Shown here piece by piece: positions 7,917 to 15,465 of a DNA stretch of 32,000 nucleotides (the first letter of the stretch is position 1; every line of letters begins with the position of its first letter). Source of the stretch: Porphyromonadaceae bacterium UBA4262 (GTDB lineage: Bacteria; Bacteroidota; Bacteroidia; Bacteroidales; Muribaculaceae); assembly GCA_002396085.1 (NCBI GenBank), contig DGWI01000042.1, forward strand, positions 28,150-60,149, in the 5' to 3' direction. The position numbers were made by a program, and so were the translations under genes. The notes under the pieces were generated by a model. It was not told the DNA's origin and searched no databases. It was given only the letters and a program-made list of their open reading frames with translations.

Positions 7917-7956
7917 TCCCCCCACAATAAAAGACATAAGGACACGAAATGCAGCA

Positions 7957-7989
7957 ACAGCTCCCATCCCGGACCAGGATGGGAGCTGT
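7957..7989 (+). terminator. 13-bp stem-loop after the GH57 gene (no U-tract)
   Basis: ACAGCTCCCATCC (7957-7969) pairs with GGATGGGAGCTGT (7977-7989) across a 7-nt loop. No T-run follows, so a terminator function is inferred from position only. Confidence 0.45.
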
Positions 7990-8023
7990 CGTTGCAATCA
8001 CCGGATGTGCATTATTAGTGGAC

Positions 8024-8107
8024 TTATCGCTTGTTGATGGTGTGGCGGGTGTGGATGAGTTGGCCGTCGGCAGTGATGCCCTCGATGGTGACGGTGTAGG
8101 AGCGGAA
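8024..8107 (-). pseudogene. Orphan 3'-terminal gene fragment (27 codons plus stop) truncated at the dispersed repeat
   Basis: The minus strand reads TAG|FRSYTVTIEGITADGQLIHTRHTINKR*. Third-position usage (ttc cgc tcc tac acc gtc acc atc gag ggc atc...) matches the real genes here. An in-frame TAG at 8108-8110 immediately precedes it, and repeat copy 2 starts at 8111. Confidence 0.45.
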
Positions 8108-8110
8108 CTA

Positions 8111-8189
8111 ATTTATCAAGAATTCTTGATAAAAGATTAAAACCGTGACTTTTATAGATGGTCTAACAAACTAATTCCGCCAATGGGTT
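8111..8189 (+). repeat. Dispersed intergenic repeat, copy 2 (22-nt perfect palindrome head at 8112-8133 plus 53-nt core at 8137-8189)
   Basis: TTTATCAAGAATTCTTGATAAA is its own reverse complement. The core matches 947-999 at 50 of 53 positions. Confidence 0.85.
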
Positions 8190-8680
8190 AATTCAAGGAA
8201 AAGAATGATGACACAGCCTCATCGGCCCGTAGCGGTTACTTGTCGTGCACGGGCCTGATGGACATGTGGAAGGCACGCAGGTGGTCAACAAAGAAACTTA
8301 TTCCTGTCTCACTGTTAATCTGAATAGCAAACAGGAGAGCAAAATAGAGTAGTTCGTGGTTTGATTTTAAGAACAGAAGATTTTCTCCATGAATTACCAT
8401 GAATTTAAAGAAATTTATGTTCGTGTGAGTTGGTTCGGGTTTGTTGTTTATTATTAGAGCCAGGGGCGTGCGTGGGATACGTGGTTTCTGGGCGGATTGC
8501 TGCGCTGCGCTTGTGCCTCGGGCTTTTTTCGGTAAAATTGGGAATAGAAACTGAAATATGTGTCACAGCAGATTGAAGTTTTTGGTGTAACTTTGCAGTG
8601 TAATGAAAACATGGGGCAAGGCTGGTGATAGAAGCACTACCGCCCCACCCTAGTACTCAACCACTAAAACATAATAGAAT

Positions 8681-9859
8681 ATGATCAATGACTTTGTGTA
8701 TGACATCCCGGTAAGGGTGTACTTCGGTCGCGACCAGCTGAAGAACCTGGGCACCGAGTTGAAGAAGTATGGCACACGCGTGCTGATGACCTATGGCGGC
8801 GGCTCGATCAAACGCATGGGGCTGTATGACCGCGTGGTGAAGGAGATTGAAGATGCCGGGCTGGAGCTGTATGAGTTGTCGGGCATTGAGCCTAATCCCC
8901 GCATCGACAGTGTGCGCCGAGGCACGCAAATGTGCAAGGAGCACAAGATTGACGTGCTGCTGGCTGTGGGTGGCGGCTCGACGATCGATGCCACCAAGTT
9001 TATGGCCGCCGGCGCGTGCGTTGACCATGACCCGTGGGACTTTCTGGACCTGCAGAAGTGGTCGCCCATCGAGCGCGCATTGCCCATCGTGAGCATCCTG
9101 ACGCTTGCCGCCACCGGCTCGGAGATGGACAGTGGCGGTGTGATCAGCAACCCCGAGACGCACGACAAGATAGGCCGCCTGGCCCCCGCCATGCTGCCCA
9201 AGGCCTCGTTTCTGGACCCGACCAACACGTTCAGCGTGAGTGCCTATCAGACCGCCTGTGGCGCAGCCGACATGATGTCGCACATCATCGAGGTGTACTT
9301 CAACATGAATCAGGACTTGTATATGCTGGACTGCTTCATGGAGGGGCTGATGAAGACCATCATCCGCTATGCGCCCATCGCCATGCGCGAGCCCGACAAC
9401 TATGAGGCACGCGCCAACCTGATGTGGACCTCGAGCTGGGCCATCAACGGGTTTGTGGACGGCGGCAAGCAGCAGGCGTGGAGCTGCCACCCGATGGAGC
9501 ACGAGCTGTCGGCCTACTATGACATCACTCACGGCCTGGGTCTGGCCATCTTGACCCCGCGCTGGATGGAGTATTGCCTGGACGAGACCACGGTGTCGAA
9601 GTATGTGCAGTTTGGTGTCAACGTGTTTGGCATCGACCCGACGCTTGAGCCGATGGATATTGCGCATCAGGCTATCGAGCGGTTGAGCGAGTTCTTCTTC
9701 GGCACGCTGCAACTCAAGCGCACACTGCCCGAGGTGGGCATCGACGAGACTCACTTTGCCGTGATGGCTCGCAAGTCGGTGAATGGCGGCACGCTGCCGG
9801 GTTTCAAGCCCCTGCAACAGCATGACGTCGAGGCCATCTACAGGATGTGCATGAAGTGA
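8681..9859 (+). CDS. Iron-containing alcohol dehydrogenase (butanol dehydrogenase/YqhD-like)
   Basis: 392 aa. It contains the GGGS.ID motif (LLAVGGGSTIDATKF) and metal-binding His patterns (DMMSHIIE, CHPMEHELSAYYDITHGLGL). Confidence 0.9.
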   Translation: MINDFVYDIPVRVYFGRDQLKNLGTELKKYGTRVLMTYGGGSIKRMGLYDRVVKEIEDAGLELYELSGIEPNPRIDSVRRGTQMCKEHKIDVLLAVGGGSTIDATKFMAAGACVDHDPWDFLDLQKWSPIERALPIVSILTLAATGSEMDSGGVISNPETHDKIGRLAPAMLPKASFLDPTNTFSVSAYQTACGAADMMSHIIEVYFNMNQDLYMLDCFMEGLMKTIIRYAPIAMREPDNYEARANLMWTSSWAINGFVDGGKQQAWSCHPMEHELSAYYDITHGLGLAILTPRWMEYCLDETTVSKYVQFGVNVFGIDPTLEPMDIAHQAIERLSEFFFGTLQLKRTLPEVGIDETHFAVMARKSVNGGTLPGFKPLQQHDVEAIYRMCMK

Positions 9860-9889
9860 GGCTGAAAACTCAACGAGTATATGAATGAA

Positions 9890-9923
9890 TTACCCACGAA
9901 TTGTTTGTCTAATTCGTGGGTAA
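9890..9923. terminator. Bidirectional terminator hairpin between the convergent alcohol dehydrogenase and C-S lyase genes
   Basis: Perfect 13-bp stem TTACCCACGAATT (9890-9902) / AATTCGTGGGTAA (9911-9923) with an 8-nt loop. Confidence 0.7.
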
Positions 9924-9952
9924 CTTCATCTTTTAGAGGTGAGAATGAACTG

Positions 9953-11149
9953 TCAGAGTTGTTGCAGGACGGGGACGATGCGTTCGAGAGCCTGGGCAAC
10001 GAAGTGCCGCGGGCATGCCAGATTGATGCGGATGAATCCGTCACCGGCCTCGCCATACATTGTTCCCGAATTGACCATGACGTGCGCCTGGTCGAGCAGA
10101 TGCTGGGTGAGCTGGTCGCTGGACATGTGCAACGAGCGGCAGTCGATCCAGGCGAGGTAAGTGCCCTCGAGGCGAGTGACGGTGAGAGCCGGCAACTCGC
10201 GCCTGAACGTGTCGCGCAACAAGCAGTAGTTGTCGTAGATGTAGTCGCAAAGCGTGTTGAGCCACGGCTCGCCCTGGGTGTAGGCAGCAATCCAAGCATC
10301 GACACCGAAGGGGTTGACATCGCACACCTCGTTGACGTTGATGGCGCGGTCTATGCGCTCACGCCACCCGGGATTGGCACAGATGATGTTGGCGTTCTGC
10401 AGTCCAGCGATATTGAACGACTTGCTGGGCGAGACACACGAGATGCAGTTGTCCTGATGCCCATCGATACTGGCAAAGGGGATGTACTTGTTGTCGCCAT
10501 AGACCAACTCGCAGTGAATCTCGTCACTGACAACAATGACGTTGTTGCGGCGGCAGATGTCGCCAATGCGCACCAACTCGTCACGCGTCCACACTCGCCC
10601 GGCGGGGTTGTGCGGGTTGCACAGTAGCAATAGCTTGACATCGTCGGGCTGGGCCTTGCGCTCCAGGTCGTCGAAGTCGATGTGATAGGTTGCGTCTTCA
10701 TAGACCAGTCGGCTCTCCTGCATGGTGCAACCATTGTTGCGGATTGACGAGAAGAAGCAGTTGTAGACGGGTGTCATGAGCAATACCTTGTCGCCAGGGT
10801 GCGTGAACGCCTTGACAATGACTGACAGAGCGGGAACAACACCGATGGTGTATTGAATCCAGTCGCGCTCGATGTTCCAGCCATGACGGCGACCGAACCA
10901 GTCGATGGTGGACTGATAGTAGGCTTCGGGCACAGCGACATAGCCGAAGATGCCATGTGCGGCTCGTCGCTGGATGGCCTCGATGATGGGTGGCGCCACA
11001 CGGAAGTCCATGTCGGCGACCCACATCGGTATCACATCCTCGTCCATGGGTTTGTCCCACTTGACTGCGGCAGTCCCCCTGCGTTCAACCACCTGATCGA
11101 AATATTCTCTTGGAATTAAATTTCCACACAAATTATCACGAATTATCAT
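9953..11149 (-). CDS. MalY/PatB family PLP-dependent C-S lyase (cystathionine beta-lyase type, aminotransferase class I/II fold)
   Basis: 398 aa. It contains ERRGTAAVKWD, VADMDF and the PLP-lysine motif SPSKSFNIAG. The first 15 or so codons are AT-rich and begin in the repeated 13-mer ATGATAATTCGTG. Confidence 0.85.
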   Translation of the reverse strand: MIIRDNLCGNLIPREYFDQVVERRGTAAVKWDKPMDEDVIPMWVADMDFRVAPPIIEAIQRRAAHGIFGYVAVPEAYYQSTIDWFGRRHGWNIERDWIQYTIGVVPALSVIVKAFTHPGDKVLLMTPVYNCFFSSIRNNGCTMQESRLVYEDATYHIDFDDLERKAQPDDVKLLLLCNPHNPAGRVWTRDELVRIGDICRRNNVIVVSDEIHCELVYGDNKYIPFASIDGHQDNCISCVSPSKSFNIAGLQNANIICANPGWRERIDRAINVNEVCDVNPFGVDAWIAAYTQGEPWLNTLCDYIYDNYCLLRDTFRRELPALTVTRLEGTYLAWIDCRSLHMSSDQLTQHLLDQAHVMVNSGTMYGEAGDGFIRINLACPRHFVAQALERIVPVLQQL

Positions 11150-11166
11150 AAATATTTGCTTAATTA

Positions 11167-11607
11167 TTAGTGATATGTTTTACGGACAATGTTCATTTCT
11201 TTATCCAGGAGAACACATTCATTTGTCTCCATAAAATACGCATAACGCTCACCTTGCAAACTTGGTTGCCCAAAGTTAATCAGCAAACCAATTGGTTTCT
11301 TAGTCAATCGCATGTAGTTAAAGAGTTGAGAACGATGAACAGAGTCAATAGACTTATTTGCTTTTAGTTCACCAATGACATCACCAACAACCAAATCCAA
11401 TTGATAATACTTATCCATTTTCTGCCCCTTATAATAGCAAGGTACTGGCAACTCACGCATGCACGGTATTCCACGGCTATTCAATTCCCTATATAATGCC
11501 TCATTATACAATGGCTCCAGCATACCCCATCTCAACTCTCTATGAACTTCCATTGCAGAACCAATAATGTCATAGACAAGTTGTTTATAATCTTTTGGAT
11601 TTATCAT
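11167..11607 (-). CDS. GxxExxY protein (PD-(D/E)XK nuclease-like superfamily)
   Basis: 146 aa. The pattern DIIGSAMEVHRELRWGMLEPLYNEALYRELNSRGI...LDLVV...IGELKA fits the GxxExxY family. GC is far below the neighbours (36 of the first 100 nt by hand count). Confidence 0.85.
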   Translation of the reverse strand: MINPKDYKQLVYDIIGSAMEVHRELRWGMLEPLYNEALYRELNSRGIPCMRELPVPCYYKGQKMDKYYQLDLVVGDVIGELKANKSIDSVHRSQLFNYMRLTKKPIGLLINFGQPSLQGERYAYFMETNECVLLDKEMNIVRKTYH

Positions 11608-11645
11608 AAATAATTAATGAAAATTTATGATAATTCATGTATTAG

Positions 11646-12488
11646 TTAGCGGGTGCGGATGATGCAGTCGGCTGGAGCCTTGATGTTCTCGTCGAGGGTG
11701 ATGGAGCCAATCTCGTCGGCAACGATGATGCCGGTGCGCGGGTTCTTGATGTTGGTGATGCTGCCACGAATGTCGGCATTCAACTCGCTGTACTCGAAGG
11801 CTCGGTCGCAGTCCTCGCCGAAGGTGCAGTCTTCCAGTATCAGGTCGTGAGCATAGCACAGTGGCTGCTCGCCGGTGATGTGGCAACGCACCAGTTTCAG
11901 GCGATGAGAGTGCCAACCCAGATACTCGCCATTGAGTTCAGAGTCGTAGATTGTGACATCTTCCACTTCCCAAAACGCATCCTTCGTCGTGATCTTAGCA
12001 TTGTGAATCTCGACATTCTTGACATACTGGAATACATACTTGCTATCGCTGACCAGCCCATCAATCTTAATGTTACGGCTGCCCATGAAGGGGTAGGTTC
12101 CATCGTGCAGGGTGACATTCTTGATGGTCAGTCCGTCGATGTTCCAGAAGGTCTCATCGGCATCGTTGATGGTGACATTCTCGAGCGTGAGGTTCTTCAT
12201 CTCGCGGAAGAGTTTGGGCGCATTGATGACCGAGTCACGCATGATCATGTCGTCGCTGTACCAGATGGCCGAACGTGATCCGGGCTCAAAAACGCAATTG
12301 GTAACCAGCGATTTGCGCACATGCCAAAATGGATACTTGCCAATGAAGAGGCAATGGTCAGCCTCGATGTTGCTACACTCTTTGATACCCGACTCGCCGT
12401 CGGTGATGGTTACATTCTCGAGGCGCACGTCGTGCTGCTCGAACAAGGGGCGCTCGCCCCCGAAGGTTTGGTCTTTAATCAGTTTCAT
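11646..12488 (-). CDS. DUF3737 family protein (predicted right-handed beta-helix)
   Basis: 280 aa. MKLIKDQTFGGERPLFEQHDVRLENVTI is followed by repeated about 22-residue N-V-T-I/L-x-D units characteristic of DUF3737. Confidence 0.8.
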   Translation of the reverse strand: MKLIKDQTFGGERPLFEQHDVRLENVTITDGESGIKECSNIEADHCLFIGKYPFWHVRKSLVTNCVFEPGSRSAIWYSDDMIMRDSVINAPKLFREMKNLTLENVTINDADETFWNIDGLTIKNVTLHDGTYPFMGSRNIKIDGLVSDSKYVFQYVKNVEIHNAKITTKDAFWEVEDVTIYDSELNGEYLGWHSHRLKLVRCHITGEQPLCYAHDLILEDCTFGEDCDRAFEYSELNADIRGSITNIKNPRTGIIVADEIGSITLDENIKAPADCIIRTR

Positions 12489-12545
12489 CTTGAGTTGTTT
12501 TATGGTCCGAGAAGTGCCCCGGAGTACCTGACATTATTAGAATAA

Positions 12546-13922
12546 TCACGAAAACTTGTTGAGCCATGCACCCGTTGCCAATCGCCAGAGGAAAATGGCT
12601 CCGCGGAAACACAATTCGACGCACATGGCAATCCACACGCCTTGCAAGCCATAGATGGGCGCGAGCAGTGCAGACAATGTGATGCGCACCAGCCACATTG
12701 AGGTCAGACTCATGGCTGCCGGACGCAGTGTGTCGCCAGCGCCGACAAAAATACCATTGCAAACGATGGCTGCAGCGAACATCGGCTCGGCCCACGCCTC
12801 GATGCGCAGTACTTGTGCGCCCAACGTAATGATTTCTTGGACTGGAGACATCAATTGCATGAGCTCGCTGGCAAAGATCCACATGAGTAGCCCCATGACC
12901 GTCATCGTGAGCATACCCATCTTCACGGCCAAGTGGGCAAACGATTTGGTCAGAGCCTTCTGGCCAGCCCCCAGGCATTGCCCCACGAGTGTCGTCGCTG
13001 CCTCTGATATGCCAAATCCTGGCATATAGCAGAGACTTTCGACCGTGATAGCAAATGAGTTGGCCGCAATGGCAATCACACCAAGCGGGGCAACAATGAG
13101 CGTGATGACAATGTTGGCCGACCCCATAAGCAAGTGCTGAAGCCCCATGGGTGCGCCAATCTTGACAGCCTTCACGACGATGTGTGACTGTGGGCGAAAT
13201 GATCCAGGCCTACCCTTGAGCCCCAATATCTCGGACTTGCAAGTGAGAAAATAAAGCATCATGACAGCGGTGATAAACACGGCTATACCCGTGCCAATCG
13301 CCGCGCCGGCAACTCCCATGTCCATCACATAGATAAAGAGGTAATTGAATGCCACATCCATGACACACATGGCTATATTGAGGACACTGGGAACCTTCAT
13401 GTTTCCTGCACACTTGAGCATCGAGCCAGCTAGACCTTCCATCTGAAAGAAGATGCCACTGCAACCCACAATCAGGAAATACAATGAGGCGTCGCGGGCA
13501 ATGTCTGGACTGCCACCTAACCAATAAGGTAGATGGCTATGTATTGCAATACATACCAGTGATAAGGACACACTCCACAGCAAAGCACAGACAATGGATT
13601 GCCGAAGCACATTGCGAGCTTTGTCAAAATCATTGGCCCCAATAGCATGAGCCACCTGCACCGAGAACCCCATTGACACTGCCGAAGACAGTCCGCCCAG
13701 CAGCCATGTTGTCGTCTCGACCAGTCCAATAGCAGCCGACTGATTGGCTCCCAGATGTCCCACCATAGCCGCATCGATAAAGAACATGACTATCATGGAC
13801 AACTGCGCCAAAATGGCCGGCAGGCTCAATTGAGCTGTGAGGCTGAGTTGTTGTCGGGTGGTCATGTTCTGCTTGAGACGTATCATCTCAAGAAGTCGGT
13901 CGGTATTGCTTTGTCGTGGCAT
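12546..13922 (-). CDS. MATE family efflux transporter
   Basis: 458 aa with about 12 hydrophobic helices. The N-terminal motif LSLPAILAQLSMIVMFFIDAAMVGHLG is typical of MATE/NorM proteins. Confidence 0.9.
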   Translation of the reverse strand: MPRQSNTDRLLEMIRLKQNMTTRQQLSLTAQLSLPAILAQLSMIVMFFIDAAMVGHLGANQSAAIGLVETTTWLLGGLSSAVSMGFSVQVAHAIGANDFDKARNVLRQSIVCALLWSVSLSLVCIAIHSHLPYWLGGSPDIARDASLYFLIVGCSGIFFQMEGLAGSMLKCAGNMKVPSVLNIAMCVMDVAFNYLFIYVMDMGVAGAAIGTGIAVFITAVMMLYFLTCKSEILGLKGRPGSFRPQSHIVVKAVKIGAPMGLQHLLMGSANIVITLIVAPLGVIAIAANSFAITVESLCYMPGFGISEAATTLVGQCLGAGQKALTKSFAHLAVKMGMLTMTVMGLLMWIFASELMQLMSPVQEIITLGAQVLRIEAWAEPMFAAAIVCNGIFVGAGDTLRPAAMSLTSMWLVRITLSALLAPIYGLQGVWIAMCVELCFRGAIFLWRLATGAWLNKFS

Positions 13923-13942
13923 TGTAAGGAATGAAGAATATG

Positions 13943-13950
13943 CAAATTTA
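13943..13950 (-). promoter_or_regulatory. -7 promoter element TAAATTTG for the MATE gene
   Basis: The reverse complement of CAAATTTA matches TAnnTTTG and lies about 20 nt upstream of the ATG at 13922. Confidence 0.4.
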
Positions 13951-14015
13951 CGATGTATTTATCGTTCCCACAACTCAGCACATGAGAATTAACGATTTTT
14001 GGACAATAGATTAAA

Positions 14016-14050
14016 CAAAAAGTGTCCCCCTTGCGGGAGACACCTTTTTT
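14016..14050 (-). terminator. Rho-independent terminator of the OmpA-family gene
   Basis: GTGTCCCCC (14022-14030) pairs with GGGAGACAC (14035-14043), with one mismatch and a 4-nt loop. On the minus strand it is followed by TTTTTG. Confidence 0.7.
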
Positions 14051-14072
14051 GATTGCGTTGTCAGACTACAAC

Positions 14073-15329
14073 TTACTTGTTGCGGACGATGGTGACGGCG
14101 CGGCTCAGAGGAGCGCTCTTAGGACCAAAGTCTGCATCGGGACGGTTGCGGTCGTCGATCTGAGTGTTCAGACGGTTGTCAGCCACACCCTTCTTGACGA
14201 GAGCGTTCTTGACAGTAGCAACACGGTCCTTGCGGAGGCGAGTGTTGATCTTGTCGTTACCAGTGTAGTTGTCTGCCCAACCGGTGAGGGTGTAAGTCTT
14301 GTTCTCATCGAGCATGACATCACCAACAGCGTTCACGACATCGTTCTGGACACCAACGATCTTAGAAACGTTGATGGGGAAGTAAACGATAGCCAGAGGA
14401 GCCTCAGTGTCAACGGGCTTACCGGGATCGGGAACGGGTTTGTCAAGGCAAGCCTTGAGCTGACGCTCGAGGTCAGCGATCTTGCGGTCGGCAGCAGCCA
14501 GACGAGCAGCCAGTGCGTCGCACTCAGCATCGGTGCACTTGTAAGAGGGGCAAACGGGAACGATGGGAGCAGTCCACTCAGTCTTGTTGAACTTATAGCT
14601 CAAACCAAGAAGTGCAGAGGGATACTCAATCCAAGTACGCTCACCAGCACCATCAACATGCTCTTGCATGAGGTCGAAACGGAGGTCGAGCAACAGGTTG
14701 ACGTGCTCACCCAGGCGGAAGGTGTTCAACAAACCGGCGCGGCCGCTGTAGTTACGAGCATGGCGCTTGACACCATCCTGCTTCTTGATGCCCTCATAGG
14801 CCCAATCACCCTTGCTGTTCTCGCCAGTGCGATAAACAGCCCAGTGATGACCGAAACCAACATAAGGAATGGCATTGTAGAAACGTCCAGGACGATAGCC
14901 ACACCACCAGTTTGTGACATTGATCATGACATCACCAGCAACACCAATGTTGTTGAACTGCTGAGCAATTAAGCCGTTCTTAACAGCCTGATCACGACGC
15001 AAACCCATACCCCATACCACATCGGGACGAGTTGTACCCTTCATCTGGTTGAACTCACCACCAACGCGAACACCGATGATGGGCGAGAACCACTTGCCGA
15101 TGAACAAGTTGCCTTTCCATCCAATACGATCCTTGAAATCCTGGTTGGAATCCCACTTGGACATCATCACACCTGCACCACCAAGGCCCTCAATGAACCA
15201 GTTGTCCTGGAAACGATTGAAAGTGTAGCCCTGAGCAGGATCCTCAACATAAGTTACCTCCTGTGCGCTAGCCACAGAGGGAACCATGAACATAGCACAT
15301 GCAAGTGCCATCAAAGTAATCTTTTTCAT
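14073..15329 (-). CDS. OmpA family outer membrane protein
   Basis: 418 aa. It has a signal peptide MKKITLMALACAMFMVPSVASAQ, a beta-barrel-like N-terminal half, a Cys-flanked coiled coil (CTDAECDALAARLAAADRKIADLERQLKAC) and a C-terminal OmpA-like domain (LTGWADNYTGNDKINTRLRKDRVATVKNAL). Confidence 0.9.
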   Translation of the reverse strand: MKKITLMALACAMFMVPSVASAQEVTYVEDPAQGYTFNRFQDNWFIEGLGGAGVMMSKWDSNQDFKDRIGWKGNLFIGKWFSPIIGVRVGGEFNQMKGTTRPDVVWGMGLRRDQAVKNGLIAQQFNNIGVAGDVMINVTNWWCGYRPGRFYNAIPYVGFGHHWAVYRTGENSKGDWAYEGIKKQDGVKRHARNYSGRAGLLNTFRLGEHVNLLLDLRFDLMQEHVDGAGERTWIEYPSALLGLSYKFNKTEWTAPIVPVCPSYKCTDAECDALAARLAAADRKIADLERQLKACLDKPVPDPGKPVDTEAPLAIVYFPINVSKIVGVQNDVVNAVGDVMLDENKTYTLTGWADNYTGNDKINTRLRKDRVATVKNALVKKGVADNRLNTQIDDRNRPDADFGPKSAPLSRAVTIVRNK

Positions 15330-15465
15330 AGACTTACGTTAAAAAAAATTATCTGTTAAACAATAAAAAATTACATTCGTCTGCAAATTATTGTGCAAAT
15401 ATAGGGCAAATTTTTCAATTACAAGCAATCTTAGACCAAAAAAATCACTTTTTTGTTGAAAAAAT

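Noticed and set aside
6507-7997. Very long antisense ORFs opposite real genes: 496 aa opposite GH57, 388 aa (8657-9823) opposite the alcohol dehydrogenase, 316 aa (14022-14972) opposite ompA, 304 aa (16021-16935) opposite tkt, 284 aa (5616-6470) opposite GT4 and 274 aa (1949-2773) opposite the lipid kinase.
   Set aside because: For the four I checked (GH57, ADH, ompA, tkt), the antisense ORF lies in exact codon register with the sense gene (the start coordinates are equal modulo 3). Its stop codons would therefore be sense TTA, CTA or TCA codons, which this G/C3-biased genome avoids. The translations are low-complexity and rich in V, G, L, A, H and D. The sense genes all carry strong family signatures. 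The low-GC GxxExxY gene has no such shadow ORF. These are shadow ORFs, not overlapping genes.
7949-8140. 63-aa plus-strand ORF after the GH57 gene.
   Set aside because: It starts inside the terminator hairpin and is the antisense shadow of the G/C3-rich gene fragment at 8024-8107. It ends within the repeat palindrome.
832-8189. Reading the 7.19-kb interval between the direct repeats as an integrated mobile element or genomic island (attL/attR).
   Set aside because: There is no integrase, transposase, excisionase or tRNA target. The cargo is core metabolism (the conserved Bacteroidota GDE-GT4-GH57 cluster) with the same GC and codon usage as its surroundings. I kept it only as a repeat-bracketed, possibly rearrangement-prone interval.
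8459-8530. GC-rich patch ending in GCCTCGGGCTTTTTT as an sRNA with an intrinsic terminator.
   Set aside because: The only stem directly before the T-run is 3 bp (GCC/GGC). I found no convincing upstream promoter and no extended pairing. I mention it only as part of the unassigned spacer.
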